A stretch of DNA of 64,000 nt from NCBI GenBank assembly GCA_017306155.1, contig JAFKJB010000016.1, positions 17,382 to 81,381 of the forward strand, given 5' to 3'. The notes under the pieces are model-generated. The model did not search any database. It was not told the origin of the DNA and saw only the letters and a list, made by a program, of their open reading frames with translations. How positions within the stretch are numbered: position 1 is the stretch's first letter; each line of letters begins with the position of its first letter. The position numbers were made by a program, and so were the translations under genes. This document shows positions 9,252-20,449 of this stretch, piece by piece. The DNA is from Nitrosospira multiformis (GTDB taxonomy: Bacteria; Pseudomonadota; Gammaproteobacteria; Burkholderiales; Nitrosomonadaceae).

Positions 9252-10115
9252 TCAGAATTCATGGTATGCCACTGGTCTTTCCGGGCACGCGTGCAGCCGT
9301 TGCGCTACGCGCTGGTAGGCTGCCGGTGAATCGATGGCCCGCTGAGCGGCGACGGCACCATTCATCAGATGCTGATGCAAAGGTTTCAGTATCCCCTCCA
9401 CCCAGGGCCTTGAGTCAGCCCGGGCCTGGTTTTGCGAAGCATAGTAACGCGGTTGGGAAAAGGCCGCGCGCAGCGGTTCCTCCAGCATTCTCGCGCCAAT
9501 ACGAAAATGCGACCGCCATGCTGAGACATGTTCCTGTTCATGTTCGCGCACAATATTTCTTCTGCAGCTGTCGTTGAGTTCCCTGGCAAGATATACCCGC
9601 ATTGCCGCAAACCCCAGTTTGATCGAGATATCCGGCACCATGCACGTTTGTCCGTCCGTGCTTGTCCGCCACCTTGTCCGGAATTCGTATCTGAATTCCG
9701 GTTCGGCATGCGTCAATCCGTACACGTTGTGATACGCGTCCCTGGTTTTTCCTGACACTGATTGAAGCGCCTTGGCCGTGCGCGAGCTGTCTTCGGCCGG
9801 CGTGACATCCGCATACACAACCGTCACCTTGCCGGGACCCATCAGTTTCTCGCAGCCGACTTTGAATGAGTCATTGCCGGCTAAAGCCATCCGTTCCGGT
9901 AATAGAAGCAGAAGCAGAAGCAGAAGCAGAAGCAGCAACGGCAGCCCGGTGAAAAAGCTGGCTGCGCGGTCTTCACCGTTTTGATCGTTCCCGATGAATC
10001 TCAAATAATCAACCCTGGCGGAGTAAGGCGGGAAGTCGGGGTTGCGATAAGGTTCATGCCAGGCAAGCATGGCGGGTAAGCGTAGTTTCATGCCGGATAA
10101 CAACGCGTATACCAC
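9252..10115 (-). CDS. Probable exported DUF922-like zinc-peptidase-fold protein (start uncertain)
   Basis: Leu13 hydrophobic stretch then ALA; HEQEH (HExxH); Cys residues typical of an exported protein. Confidence 0.55.
   Translation of the reverse strand: MVYALLSGMKLRLPAMLAWHEPYRNPDFPPYSARVDYLRFIGNDQNGEDRAASFFTGLPLLLLLLLLLLLLLPERMALAGNDSFKVGCEKLMGPGKVTVVYADVTPAEDSSRTAKALQSVSGKTRDAYHNVYGLTHAEPEFRYEFRTRWRTSTDGQTCMVPDISIKLGFAAMRVYLARELNDSCRRNIVREHEQEHVSAWRSHFRIGARMLEEPLRAAFSQPRYYASQNQARADSRPWVEGILKPLHQHLMNGAVAAQRAIDSPAAYQRVAQRLHACPERPVAYHEF
9904..9933. repeat. Hexanucleotide microsatellite (AGAAGC)5
   Basis: Five perfect copies; on the minus strand it lies within a (CTGCTT)5 run encoding poly-Leu. 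Confidence 0.95.
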
Positions 10116-10271
10116 TTTTGTGTTGGCTATCGCACAGAAGTCTGCTGCTCGATGGGAAATACTGATCTTTCACTTGAAGCATCCCTCTCTGGGCCCGCAG
10201 TTTTTTATGTGGACCGGCCTGTTTAGTCTGGTGAATCAATCAAAGGACCAAGCCCAAAGGAGCCTAAATCC

Positions 10272-10715
10272 TTGAATGCTTCCGCGACACAAGCAACAGA
10301 AATCTGGCCCCTGGTTGCATATTTCTTCCTCGTTGTCGCGCTGGTTGCGGGCATCATGGCGCTTTCGTACATCATTGGCGAGCGTCATGGATCGAAGGCC
10401 GCGGACGAGCCATTTGAAAGCGGTATTGTCACTGTCGGCCTTGCGCGCTTGCGCCTGTCCGCCAAATTCTATCTGATCGCCGTGTTCTTTGTGATCTTCG
10501 ATGTGGAAGCCGTATTTCTTTTTGCCTGGGCCGTTGCTTTTCGTGAATTGGGCTGGTTTGGTTATATCGAGGCGATTATCTTCATATCTGTTCTGGTAGC
10601 GGCCCTCGCGTATTTATGGCGGCTGGGTGCGCTGGATTGGGGACCGGCCAGGCATTCGGCTGGCAGGTTTGTCAAAGATTCAAGGAGTCCAAACCATGCG
10701 GTGGTCTCTAAGTAA
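10272..10715 (+). CDS. nuoA: NADH:quinone oxidoreductase subunit A
   Basis: [29 protein letters not shown]. Confidence 0.95.
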   Translation: MNASATQATEIWPLVAYFFLVVALVAGIMALSYIIGERHGSKAADEPFESGIVTVGLARLRLSAKFYLIAVFFVIFDVEAVFLFAWAVAFRELGWFGYIEAIIFISVLVAALAYLWRLGALDWGPARHSAGRFVKDSRSPNHAVVSK

Positions 10716-11361
10716 GCCCTCCGACAAACCATCCGGAGCGGCAACATCCGGATCTTCAATAATTCGCGATAACGGTTTTGAGGAGGACGGGCGCCGCAGC
10801 GTATTGCTGGCGCGGTTGCAGGACCTTGTCGCCTGGGGCCGCAAGAATTCGGTCTGGCCTTATAACTTTGGGCTGTCGTGCTGTTATGTGGAAATGGCGA
10901 CCAGCTTCACCAGCAAGTACGATCTTGCCCGGTTTGGTTCCGAAGTTATCCGCGCCTCCCCTCGCCAGGCCGATCTGATCGTTATTTCGGGGACGGTTTT
11001 TATCAAGATGGCGCCCGTGCTCCAGCGGCTTTACGATCAGATGCTTGAACCGCGCTGGGTTATTTCGATGGGTTCATGCGCGAATTCGGGTGGAATGTAT
11101 GATATTTACAGCGTGGTGCAGGGTGTAGACCGCTTCCTTCCCGTGGATGTTTATGTTCCTGGGTGCCCGCCTCGGCCCGATGCATTCATGCAGGGGCTGA
11201 ATCTGCTTCAGGATGCGATCGGCAAGGAAAAGCGCCCGTTGAGCTGGGTGATCGGTCCGCAGGGAATCGAGCGGCCGGCTGGGGGATCGCAGCGGGATCT
11301 CAAGCGGTCCGAGCGAATGCGCGTCACGACCCTGCGCAGTCCCGACGAGGTACAAAAGTGA
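10696..11361 (+). CDS. nuoB: NADH:quinone oxidoreductase subunit B
   Basis: [29 protein letters not shown]; start placed at ATG 10696. Confidence 0.96.
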   Translation: MRWSLSKPSDKPSGAATSGSSIIRDNGFEEDGRRSVLLARLQDLVAWGRKNSVWPYNFGLSCCYVEMATSFTSKYDLARFGSEVIRASPRQADLIVISGTVFIKMAPVLQRLYDQMLEPRWVISMGSCANSGGMYDIYSVVQGVDRFLPVDVYVPGCPPRPDAFMQGLNLLQDAIGKEKRPLSWVIGPQGIERPAGGSQRDLKRSERMRVTTLRSPDEVQK

Positions 11362-13202
11362 GCGCAGCCTCCAGCCTTGCCCCGCCGCGGCACATGGAGG
11401 ATATGCAGGATAGGCCGCATATGCCTGATGCGCCGAACGCTTCAGAGGTACTGGAAGAACTGAAGAGCCGCTTTGGCTCTCCTGGCCCTGGCAACTCAGG
11501 CGGGTCGATGGGTTTAGTGCAGAAAACCGGCGATGACCTTCCCACGCAATGGGTTTCCAGGGACGGGGTGCATGAGATTTTGCGCTACCTGAAACTGGAA
11601 GCGGAGCGGCCTTACCGCATGCTGTACGACCTGACCGCGATTGATGAGCGTACCCGCGTGCACCGCGAAGACCAGCCGGCAAGTCAATTCACTGTCATCT
11701 ATCACCTGCTGTCGTTCGAGCGTAATGCTGACATGCGTCTCAAGGTCGCGCTCACCGATGCTGATCTTCGCATGCCCACCATTACCGATATCTGGCCTGC
11801 GGCCAACTGGTACGAGCGTGAGATATGGGACATGTTCGGGATCGTCTTCGACGGGCATCCGCACCTGCGCCGAATTTTGTTACCCCCCTGGTGGCAGGGG
11901 CACGCCCTGCGCAAGGACCATCCGGCTCGCGCGACCGAGATGGAACCGTTCCATTTGTCCGCGGAGAAGGAGGAGGCTGAGCAGGAAACGCTGCGTTTTC
12001 ATCCTGAAGAATGGGGAATGCGCCGCGCACATGACAGCACCGATTTCATGTTCCTCAACCTGGGGCCGAACCATCCAAGCGTGCATGGCGTATTTCGCAT
12101 TGTACTGCAGCTCGACGGCGAGGAAATCATCGACGCTGTGCCAGAGATCGGCTATCACCATCGCGGAGCGGAAAAGATGGGCGAGCGCCAGTCCTGGCAT
12201 ACCTACATTCCCTATACCGACCGCATCGATTACCTGGGAGGGGTCATGAACAACCTTCCCTATGTGCTGGCTGTGGAAAAGCTGGCAGGCATTGAAGTGC
12301 CTGACCGGGTAAAGGTGGTGCGCGTGATGATGGCTGAATTTTTTCGCATTGCAAGCCATCTGGTGTTCTATGGGACTTTTACCCAGGATCTGGGCGCGCT
12401 TTCCCCGGTCTTTTTCATGTTCACCGACCGCGAGCGCGTGTTCGATGTCGTCGAAGCCATCTGTGGGGGGCGAATGCACCCGAGCTGGTACCGCATCGGC
12501 GGTGTAGCCCAGGACTTGCCCAATGGATGGGATCGGGTGGTGCGGGATTTCCTGGATTATATGCCTGCAAGACTGGACGAGTACGACAAGATTGCTGTAG
12601 GCAACCGTATCCTGAAAGCCCGGACGCGCGGCGTCGGCAGTTACTCGACAGAGGAGGCGATCGAATGGGGCGTGACGGGGCCCAATCTGCGCGCCTGCGG
12701 TCTCGAATGGGACTTCCGCAAGGCACGCCCGTATTCGGGCTATGACCAGTTCGAGTTCGATGTGCCAACCGGGCAGCAGGGCGATTGCTATGATCGCTGC
12801 GTTGTCCGCGTGCAGGAAATCCGCCAGAGCCTGCGCATCATCGAGCAGTGCCTGGAGAACATGCCGGCCGGCTTGCATAAAGCGGATCATCCGCTCACCA
12901 CGCCGCCGCTCAAGAAGCATACCTTGCATGACATCGAAACGCTCATCGATCATTTCCTGGGCGTGAGCTGGGGCCCTGTCATTCCTCCGGGAGAAGCATT
13001 TGTAGGCATCGAGGCCACCAAGGGAAACAACGGCTATTACCTGGTCAGCGACGGCAATACCATGGCTTATCGGGTGCGTATCCGCACACCTTCCTTTCCG
13101 CACCTGCAAATGATTCCTTTGATCAGCCGTGGACTGATGATTTCGGACTTGATCGCCATTCTGGGCAGCATCGATTTTGTCATGGCGGACGTGGACCGCT
13201 GA
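11358..13202 (+). CDS. nuoCD: Fused NADH:quinone oxidoreductase subunit C/D
   Basis: [13 protein letters not shown] (C) in frame with [29 protein letters not shown] (D); GTG overlaps the nuoB stop, a later ATG start is possible. Confidence 0.95.
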   Translation: MSAASSLAPPRHMEDMQDRPHMPDAPNASEVLEELKSRFGSPGPGNSGGSMGLVQKTGDDLPTQWVSRDGVHEILRYLKLEAERPYRMLYDLTAIDERTRVHREDQPASQFTVIYHLLSFERNADMRLKVALTDADLRMPTITDIWPAANWYEREIWDMFGIVFDGHPHLRRILLPPWWQGHALRKDHPARATEMEPFHLSAEKEEAEQETLRFHPEEWGMRRAHDSTDFMFLNLGPNHPSVHGVFRIVLQLDGEEIIDAVPEIGYHHRGAEKMGERQSWHTYIPYTDRIDYLGGVMNNLPYVLAVEKLAGIEVPDRVKVVRVMMAEFFRIASHLVFYGTFTQDLGALSPVFFMFTDRERVFDVVEAICGGRMHPSWYRIGGVAQDLPNGWDRVVRDFLDYMPARLDEYDKIAVGNRILKARTRGVGSYSTEEAIEWGVTGPNLRACGLEWDFRKARPYSGYDQFEFDVPTGQQGDCYDRCVVRVQEIRQSLRIIEQCLENMPAGLHKADHPLTTPPLKKHTLHDIETLIDHFLGVSWGPVIPPGEAFVGIEATKGNNGYYLVSDGNTMAYRVRIRTPSFPHLQMIPLISRGLMISDLIAILGSIDFVMADVDR

Positions 13203-13236
13203 TGCGGATCACTGAGGGGGATACCGAGGGGAAACA

Positions 13237-13755
13237 ATGCTGAGCGAGCAGGAGATGAGAGAAATAGAAGTGCATGCGCGGCACTACCCGAATAACCGGG
13301 CGGTGTGCATCGAGGCGCTCAAGATCGTGCAGCAGCATCGCGGCTGGGTATCGAACGAGGGGATTGCCGACGTGGCCGAGGCGCTGCAGATGAAGCCGGC
13401 GGAACTGGAGGCCGTTGCAACCTTCTACAACATGATTTTCCGCAAGCCCGTAGGCAAGCATGTCATTTTGCTATGCGACAGCGTCAGCTGCTGGATCATG
13501 GGTTATGAACGCCTGCGCGAGCACCTGGGAGACAGGCTGGGTATCAGGCCGGGCCAGACCACCGCCGACGGGCGCTTCACGCTGTTGCCGAATGTGTGCC
13601 TGGGCGCCTGTGACCATGCTCCTGTCATGATGGTGGATGATGCGCATTACCAGGACCTGGATCCCGCCAGGATCGATGAAATTCTGGCAAGTTATCAGCA
13701 GGAAGAAAAAAGGGAAGAAGAAAAACCGACCGATGGAAACACCGCTGACTCATAA
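13237..13755 (+). CDS. nuoE: NADH:quinone oxidoreductase subunit E
   Basis: CDSVSC and CLGACD 2Fe-2S motifs. Confidence 0.95.
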   Translation: MLSEQEMREIEVHARHYPNNRAVCIEALKIVQQHRGWVSNEGIADVAEALQMKPAELEAVATFYNMIFRKPVGKHVILLCDSVSCWIMGYERLREHLGDRLGIRPGQTTADGRFTLLPNVCLGACDHAPVMMVDDAHYQDLDPARIDEILASYQQEEKREEEKPTDGNTADS

Positions 13756-15007
13756 CATTTCACCGGGCGGGGAGCCGCCGGATCTTGCGCAGTACGAGAA
13801 GACCGGCGGTTATGCCGCGTTGCGCAAGGTGCTCGGCATGGCGCCGGCGGAAGTTCAGGCAGTGGTGAAGGAATCAAACCTGCGCGGGCGTGGCGGGGCG
13901 GGATTCCCAACCGCGCAGAAATGGAGTTTTGTGCCGATGGGCGATGATGCGCCGCGGCCCAAGTATCTCGTTTGCAATGCGGACGAGATGGAGCCGGGGA
14001 CATTCAAGGATCGCCTGTTGCTCGAAGGCGATCCCCATCAGTTGATCGAGGGCATTATCATCAGCGCCTATGCGATCCAGGCCGATGTGGCTTACGTATT
14101 TCTGCGCTGGGCCTACAAACTGGCGGCCCGGCGCATGGAGAAGGCAATCGCTGAAGCATATCGCCACAGCTACCTGGGTAAAAATATCCTGGGCTCGGCG
14201 TACAGCCTGGAGATGCACCTGCACGTCAGTGCCGGGCGCTACATGTGCGGGGAGGAAACTGCGCTGCTCAATGCCCTCGAAGGCAAGCGCGCCAATCCGC
14301 GCGCCAAGCCTCCCTATCCCCAGGTGAGCGGCTTGTGGGGCAAGCCCACCATTGTCAATAACGTGGAGACTCTGTGCAATATTCCGCACATCGTGAGCCA
14401 GGGCGCCGAATGGTTCAAGAGCCTGAGCCGCAGCGGCGGCGGTACCAAGCTGTACGGGATAAGCGGGAGAGTGAAGAAGCCGGGGTTATGGGAATTGCCC
14501 ATGGGCACTTCCATGCGGGAGATTCTGGAAGAGCACGCGGGCGGCATGTGTGACGGCTATCAGTTTCGCGGGTTGCTGCCGGGTGGCGCTTCCACGGATT
14601 TTGTTACGGCCGAGCACCTCGATGTGGCGATGGACTTCGATTCGATGCAAAAAGTCGGCAGCCGCCTCGGCACCGGCACCATGATTGTCCTTGATGACAA
14701 GACCTGTCCCGTCGGGATGCTCCTCAATCTGGAGCATTTTTTCGCCCAGGAGTCATGCGGCTGGTGCACTCCGTGCTGGTCGGGGCTTTCCTGGATCGAA
14801 CAGATATTGCAGGACATGGAGGAGGGGCGCGGCCGGGCTTCCGACCTTGAACTGCTGGAATCCCATACGCGCCTCCTGGGTCCCGGACATACCTTCTGCG
14901 CCCTGGCGCCGGGCGCAGCCGAGCCGCTGCAAAGCGGCCTCAAGTATTTCCGCGATGATTTCGAGCGCCATATCCATGAGAAACGCTGCCCCTGGAGCCG
15001 GACGTGA
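13733..15007 (+). CDS. nuoF: NADH:quinone oxidoreductase subunit F
   Basis: GRGGAGF, CNADEMEPGTFKDR, CGEETAL, CGWCTPC; start placed at ATG 13733. Confidence 0.96.
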   Translation: METPLTHNISPGGEPPDLAQYEKTGGYAALRKVLGMAPAEVQAVVKESNLRGRGGAGFPTAQKWSFVPMGDDAPRPKYLVCNADEMEPGTFKDRLLLEGDPHQLIEGIIISAYAIQADVAYVFLRWAYKLAARRMEKAIAEAYRHSYLGKNILGSAYSLEMHLHVSAGRYMCGEETALLNALEGKRANPRAKPPYPQVSGLWGKPTIVNNVETLCNIPHIVSQGAEWFKSLSRSGGGTKLYGISGRVKKPGLWELPMGTSMREILEEHAGGMCDGYQFRGLLPGGASTDFVTAEHLDVAMDFDSMQKVGSRLGTGTMIVLDDKTCPVGMLLNLEHFFAQESCGWCTPCWSGLSWIEQILQDMEEGRGRASDLELLESHTRLLGPGHTFCALAPGAAEPLQSGLKYFRDDFERHIHEKRCPWSRT

Positions 15008-15056
15008 GAGATGAAACGGGGAAATATAGCGAGGCGAGGCTGGCAAGGCGAATGTG

Positions 15057-17918
15057 ATGACGACTATCCATATCGACAATCGCCCCTATCCTGCCAAAGA
15101 TGGCGAGAATTTGTTGCAGGAGTGCCTTTCGCTGGGATTCAACCTGCCTTATTTCTGCTGGCATCCCGCGCTGGGCTCCGTAGGCGCGTGCCGCCAGTGC
15201 GCGATCAAGCAGTTCAGGAATGAGGAAGACAAGCGCGGCAAGATTGTCATGGCGTGCATGACTGCCGCCAAGGATGGAATCCGGATTTCCATCGACGATC
15301 CCGAAGCGCGGGAATTTCGCGCAAGTGTGGCGGAATGGCTGATGGTGAATCATCCGCACGATTGCCCGGTGTGCGACGAGGGCGGCGAATGCCATCTGCA
15401 GGATATGACGGTCATGAACGGGCATGTCTACCGCCGCTACCGTGGCCGCAAGCGCACCTTCCATAACCAGGACCTCGGCCCGCTGGTCAATCACGAGATG
15501 AACCGCTGCATTCAGTGCTATCGCTGCACGCGGTTTTATCGTGATTATGCCGGCGGCCGGGATCTGGAAGAACTGGTGCTGCGCAACCAGGTCTACTTCG
15601 GCCGCCATCAGGATGGCGTTCTCGAAAGCGAATTCAGCGGGAACCTGGTGGAGGTTTGCCCTACCGGCGTTTTTACTGATAAGACACTGAAGCGGCACTA
15701 TACGCGCAAGTGGGATTTGCAAACCGCGCCCTCGGTGTGTGTGCACTGCGGACTGGGTTGCAACACCATTCCCGGCGAGCGTTACGGCGCATTGCGGCGC
15801 ATCCGCAACCGTTTCAACGGCGCGGTCAATGGCTACTTTCTATGCGACCGCGGCCGCTATGGCTACGAGTTTGTCAATAGCGCGCGCCGGATCAGACAAC
15901 CTCTGCTGCGAAAAAACAGAACCGAACCCCTGCAGCTTGCCAGCAAACGCGATGCGCTTCAGCATCTGGGCGAAATGCTATCGAGCGGAGTTCGGGCGAT
16001 CGGGATCGGTTCTCCGCGCGCGTCACTCGAAGCCAATTTTGCGTTGCGCACCCTCGTTGGGGGCGACCGGTTTTATCTCGGCATCTCTGAAAGGGATTTC
16101 CGCCTGCTTGCTTCCATTCGGGATATTTTAAAAAAAGGTCCTGCCCGCACCCCCTCATTGCATGAAGTGGAGTTGGCGGATGCGGTGCTGGTATTGGGTG
16201 AGGATGTGACCAATACTGCGCCGCGGCTCGGGCTGGCCCTGCGGCAGTCGGTGCGCCGCCAGCCGGAAAAGAGGGCGAAAAAAATGGATATTCCGCTCTG
16301 GAATGATCATGCGGTGCGGGAGGCGATGCAGAAAGAGCATGGGCCCTTGTTTATCGCCACCGTGGCGGATACCCGAATCGATGATATCGCCACCTGCACC
16401 TTCCGCGGACCTCCCGCTGAATTAGCCCGCCTGGGGCTCGCAATAGCGCACGCGCTCGATCCGGGCGCGCCGCAGGCACCGGATTTATCCGATGCGGCAC
16501 GAGCATTGGCAGGTGCAATTGCCGAAAAGCTGAAGGCGGCAGAGCGCCCGCTGGTCATTTCCGGCATGGGTTGCGGGGATAAAGCCGTTGTTGAGGCAGC
16601 GGCCAATGTGACATGGGCGCTTTGCAACATGGGCCGCCCTGCCGAGCTTTGCTATGTAGTTCCCGAATGCAACAGTCTTGGCGCCATGCTGCTGGGCGGC
16701 GGCAGTCTCGAAACCGCGCTGGAGGCGATGGACGATACTGCTGCGGATATTCTCATCATTCTCGAAAATGACCTTTATCGGCGGGGGGATGCCGCCATGG
16801 TTGATCGGCTTCTCGCTGCCGCGCGGCACATCGTGATGATCGACCACATCGAGCATGCGACCAGCGCGAAAGCTGACGTGGTACTGCCGGCAGCGACCTT
16901 TGCCGAGGCCGATGGCACCCTTGTGAATAACGAAGGCCGGGCGCAGCGGTTCTTTCAGGTATTTGTACCCGAGGGTGAAATCGAAGGTGATAGCAGGAGC
17001 GATACTCCACGCGATATTCCCGGCGATATCCAGGAAAGCTGGCGCTGGATGCGGGACATCATGGTTGCCGGCCGCGGGGACGAAAGGCAATGGTCAAGCC
17101 TGGACGATGTCACTGCTGCTTGCGCCGCAGCGATTCCCTCTCTGGAATCCATTTTACGCGCCGCCCCCTCGGCGGCCTTCCGTATGGACGGACAGAAGAT
17201 TCCGCGCGAGCCCCATCGTTATAGCGGACGCACCGCCATGCACGCCAATATAAGCATCCATGAACCCGAACAGCCGCCTGACCCCGATACGGCCCTGGCA
17301 TTTTCGATGGAAGGCTACCCGGGTCATCCGCCGCCGTCGCTTATTCCCCGCTTCTGGGCGCCCGGCTGGAATTCAATACAGGCGCTAAACAAGTTCCAGG
17401 ATGAAGTGGGTGGTCCGCTTTCCGGGGGCGATCCAGGCGAGCGCCTGATCGAGCCAATGCCCGGAACGGGGAAAAAAGCCGCTTATTTTAAAAATATACC
17501 GGCCGGCTTCGAGCCGCGCGCAGGCGAATGGCTGCTGTTGCCGTTGCATCACATCTTTGGTTCGGAGGAGTTGAGCCTCCTCGCACCCGGTATCGCCGAG
17601 CTCAGTGTCCAGCCCTATCTCGCGCTCAATCCGGAGGATGCAAGTGATCTCGGATTGGCTGCCGGGGATGAGGTGCAGTTGCGTTTGAAGGCGCAGGGGG
17701 ATGCGCAGGTGGACGTTACCGCAGATGGCGCGGCGAACGCTGCCGCTACTACCGCTGAAAATACCGCTGAAATTTTCCGGTTGCCGTTGCGCTTCAAGCC
17801 TGAGCTGCTGCATGGTACTGCCGGACTCCCTGTCGGCCTGGCAGACATGGGTAATCTGGCGGGAATCGCTTTGCCAGCATGGGGCGAGCTAAAGAAGATG
17901 GAGAAGGGAAAGGTGTAA
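15057..17918 (+). CDS. nuoG: NADH:quinone oxidoreductase subunit G, long E. coli-type with N7 cluster motif
   Basis: CWHP..GACRQC, HDCPVCDEGGECHLQ, CIQCYRC, CVHCGLGC...CDRGR. Confidence 0.96.
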   Translation: MTTIHIDNRPYPAKDGENLLQECLSLGFNLPYFCWHPALGSVGACRQCAIKQFRNEEDKRGKIVMACMTAAKDGIRISIDDPEAREFRASVAEWLMVNHPHDCPVCDEGGECHLQDMTVMNGHVYRRYRGRKRTFHNQDLGPLVNHEMNRCIQCYRCTRFYRDYAGGRDLEELVLRNQVYFGRHQDGVLESEFSGNLVEVCPTGVFTDKTLKRHYTRKWDLQTAPSVCVHCGLGCNTIPGERYGALRRIRNRFNGAVNGYFLCDRGRYGYEFVNSARRIRQPLLRKNRTEPLQLASKRDALQHLGEMLSSGVRAIGIGSPRASLEANFALRTLVGGDRFYLGISERDFRLLASIRDILKKGPARTPSLHEVELADAVLVLGEDVTNTAPRLGLALRQSVRRQPEKRAKKMDIPLWNDHAVREAMQKEHGPLFIATVADTRIDDIATCTFRGPPAELARLGLAIAHALDPGAPQAPDLSDAARALAGAIAEKLKAAERPLVISGMGCGDKAVVEAAANVTWALCNMGRPAELCYVVPECNSLGAMLLGGGSLETALEAMDDTAADILIILENDLYRRGDAAMVDRLLAAARHIVMIDHIEHATSAKADVVLPAATFAEADGTLVNNEGRAQRFFQVFVPEGEIEGDSRSDTPRDIPGDIQESWRWMRDIMVAGRGDERQWSSLDDVTAACAAAIPSLESILRAAPSAAFRMDGQKIPREPHRYSGRTAMHANISIHEPEQPPDPDTALAFSMEGYPGHPPPSLIPRFWAPGWNSIQALNKFQDEVGGPLSGGDPGERLIEPMPGTGKKAAYFKNIPAGFEPRAGEWLLLPLHHIFGSEELSLLAPGIAELSVQPYLALNPEDASDLGLAAGDEVQLRLKAQGDAQVDVTADGAANAAATTAENTAEIFRLPLRFKPELLHGTAGLPVGLADMGNLAGIALPAWGELKKMEKGKV

Positions 17919-18003
17919 AAAGGAATAACAGGGAAAGCAAATAGAAGGATAGATAGAGGAAAGAAGCCGCGAATGGATTCAGCCATGAATAGTGGGCTCA
18001 GCC

Positions 18004-18957
18004 ATGAATGAATGGACCCCCATCTGGGCAAACCTGATTTTGATCCTGGCCGTCGTGTTTGCTTTCTCGGCGATGCTCTCCTGGATCGAGCGCCGCCTGC
18101 TCGGGCTGTGGCAGGATCGCTATGGGCCCAATCGGGTAGGACCATTCGGGGTTCTGCAAATCGTCGCCGATTCGATCAAGCTTCTTGCCAAGGAGGACTG
18201 GATACCACCCTTCGCAGACAGGGCGGTGTTCGTGCTGGCGCCGGCAATCGTTGCCGTCACCACGCTGCTTGCGTTTTCCGTCGTGCCAATCGCGCCGGGC
18301 ATCGGCGTGGTCGATCTGAACATCGGATTATTGTTTTTTCTTGCCATGTCTTCGCTGGGCGTCTATAGCATCGTGCTGGGTGGATGGGCGTCCAACAGCA
18401 AATATTCGCTACTCGGGGGCTTGCGCGCCGCGGCACAGATGTTGAGCTACGAGGTTTTCATGGGCCTGGCGCTCATGGGTGTTGTCATGCTCGCCGGTTC
18501 ATTCAACCTGCGCGATATCGTTGCCGCGCAGGAAAATCTCTGGTTCTGCGTACCGCAGATCCTGGGCCTGGCAACTTTTGCCGTGGCAGGGATTGCTGAG
18601 GCGCGCAGGCTTCCTTTCGATCTGCCCGAGTCGGAGAACGAGCTGGTCGCAGGCTTTCATACCGAATATTCCAGCATGAAGTTCGGTCTGTTTTTCATTG
18701 GCGAATACGTCGGGATCACCCTTATCTCGGCAATGATCGTCACATTATTCTTCGGCGGGTGGCTGGGCCCACTGCTGCCTCCGCTGGTCTGGTTTCTGCT
18801 CAAGACTTTTATCGTCGTCGCCTGCTTCGTCCTGCTGCGGGCGGCATTGCCACGCCCCCGTTACGATCAACTGATGGCCTACGGCTGGAAAGTCATGCTG
18901 CCAGTCACGCTTGTCAATTTACTGATCACCGGTGCAGTCGTATTGTCAATGGCATAA
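18004..18957 (+). CDS. nuoH: NADH:quinone oxidoreductase subunit H
   Basis: [33 protein letters not shown]. Confidence 0.96.
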   Translation: MNEWTPIWANLILILAVVFAFSAMLSWIERRLLGLWQDRYGPNRVGPFGVLQIVADSIKLLAKEDWIPPFADRAVFVLAPAIVAVTTLLAFSVVPIAPGIGVVDLNIGLLFFLAMSSLGVYSIVLGGWASNSKYSLLGGLRAAAQMLSYEVFMGLALMGVVMLAGSFNLRDIVAAQENLWFCVPQILGLATFAVAGIAEARRLPFDLPESENELVAGFHTEYSSMKFGLFFIGEYVGITLISAMIVTLFFGGWLGPLLPPLVWFLLKTFIVVACFVLLRAALPRPRYDQLMAYGWKVMLPVTLVNLLITGAVVLSMA

Positions 18958-18984
18958 CTGCTCATATAGCTTCGGGAGAAGATC

Positions 18985-19500
18985 ATGTGGAATTCTCTGA
19001 AGACAATGTGGATCGTTTTTCTGCACATGTTCCGCCGCCGGGTAACCATTCAATATCCGGACGAAATGCCCAATATCCCGCCGCGCTGGCGTGGACGCAT
19101 CATTCTGAGCCGCGACCCGGATGGGGAGGAACGCTGCGTTGCCTGCTACCTCTGCGCGGCAGCCTGCCCGCCGGATTGCATCGCGCTTCAGGCTACCGAA
19201 GATGAGCATGGGCGCCGCTACCCCGAGTTCTTCCGCATCAATTTTTCGCGCTGCATTTTTTGCGGATATTGCGAAGAGGCCTGTCCTACCGACGCGATCC
19301 AGCTTACGCCGGACTTCGAAATGGGCGAATACAACCGGAAAAACCTGGTGTATGAAAAAGAGGATCTGCTGATCGATGGCACCGGCAAATATCCCGGCTA
19401 TAACTTCTACCGGGTGGCGGGAGTCGCAATCGGAGGAAAAAACAAGGGCGAGGCCGAGAATGAAGCCCCGCCGGTAGATCCGCATTCGCTGTTGCCTTGA
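18985..19500 (+). CDS. nuoI: NADH:quinone oxidoreductase subunit I
   Basis: [12 protein letters not shown] and [12 protein letters not shown]. Confidence 0.97.
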   Translation: MWNSLKTMWIVFLHMFRRRVTIQYPDEMPNIPPRWRGRIILSRDPDGEERCVACYLCAAACPPDCIALQATEDEHGRRYPEFFRINFSRCIFCGYCEEACPTDAIQLTPDFEMGEYNRKNLVYEKEDLLIDGTGKYPGYNFYRVAGVAIGGKNKGEAENEAPPVDPHSLLP

Positions 19501-19534
19501 TCCGTACCTTTGATTACTGATTCAGGAGGAGGTT

Positions 19535-20101
19535 ATGGAAGCAACATTCTACTTGTCCGGAGCGGTTGCCGTTGCAGCCACGCTGATGGTCGTTACGCGG
19601 GCAAGCGCCGTACATGCATTGCTCTACCTGATCGTGTCCCTGCTTGCGGTGGCGATCATCTTTTTTGTGCTGGGCGCGCCGTTTGTCGCCGCACTGGAGG
19701 TTATCATTTACGCAGGCGCTGTCATGGTGCTGTTCGTGTTCGTGATCATGATGCTCAACCTCGGTAAAGCTGCCGCGGTCAAGGAGCGGGAATGGTTGAG
19801 TCCCGGCATGTGGGTGGGACCCTCCATACTGTCGGCACTGCTCCTGGCAGAACTGATTTATATCCTTGTTCCGAATGTACAGGATGTGCAGGGCGCATAT
19901 GGGGGCGCCGCCCTCTCCGGCGGGGTGGGGGTCGATTCGAAGGAAGTCGGCATCGCGCTCTTCGGGCCCTATCTCCTCGGTGTCGAACTGGCATCGCTGC
20001 TGCTGCTGGCAGGATTGGTCGGCGCCTGTCATCTCGGCTGGCACACCGAGCTGCGTTCCGGTTCCCATCCGGCATCGCGTCCGGATGGAGTGCGGTCATG
20101 A
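19535..20101 (+). CDS. nuoJ: NADH:quinone oxidoreductase subunit J
   Basis: [33 protein letters not shown]. Confidence 0.95.
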   Translation: MEATFYLSGAVAVAATLMVVTRASAVHALLYLIVSLLAVAIIFFVLGAPFVAALEVIIYAGAVMVLFVFVIMMLNLGKAAAVKEREWLSPGMWVGPSILSALLLAELIYILVPNVQDVQGAYGGAALSGGVGVDSKEVGIALFGPYLLGVELASLLLLAGLVGACHLGWHTELRSGSHPASRPDGVRS

Positions 20102-20448
20102 CGGCGGCCGGCGCCGCCGCATCCGCTGCTGCCACAGTTGCAGCTGCTGTTCCCATGCATCATGGTCTGTTGCTCGCCGCCATTCTCTTCGCGCTGGGAA
20201 TGGCCGGCATCCTTGTGCGGCGCAACCTGATTTTTATCCTGATGTCGATCGAGATCATGCTGAATGCCGCCGGGCTTGCCTTCGTGGTGGCCGGTTCACG
20301 CTGGGCGCAGGCCGACGGGCAGGTGATGTTCATCTTTATCCTGTCAGTGGCGGCGGCCGAAGTCTCTGTCGGCCTGGCATTGCTGCTGCTGTTGCATCGC
20401 CGCTTCCAGACACTGGACGCCGATGCGGTAAGCAAGATGCGGGGATGA
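20098..20448 (+). CDS. nuoK: NADH:quinone oxidoreductase subunit K
   Basis: [27 protein letters not shown]; ATGA overlap with nuoJ; Ala-rich N-terminus. Confidence 0.95.
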   Translation: MTAAGAAASAAATVAAAVPMHHGLLLAAILFALGMAGILVRRNLIFILMSIEIMLNAAGLAFVVAGSRWAQADGQVMFIFILSVAAAEVSVGLALLLLLHRRFQTLDADAVSKMRG

Positions 20449-20449
20449 C

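Noticed and set aside
11163-11357. N-terminal extension of nuoCD in the ORF track
   Set aside because: Overlaps nuoB in another frame; a GTG coupled to the nuoB stop is more plausible.
11880-13109. 409-aa antisense ORF
   Set aside because: Shadow of nuoCD, typical of GC-rich coding DNA; no family motifs.
14753-14782. NuoF CTPCWSG instead of CTPCRxG
   Set aside because: All Fe-S cysteines are retained; one substitution is not enough to claim altered function.
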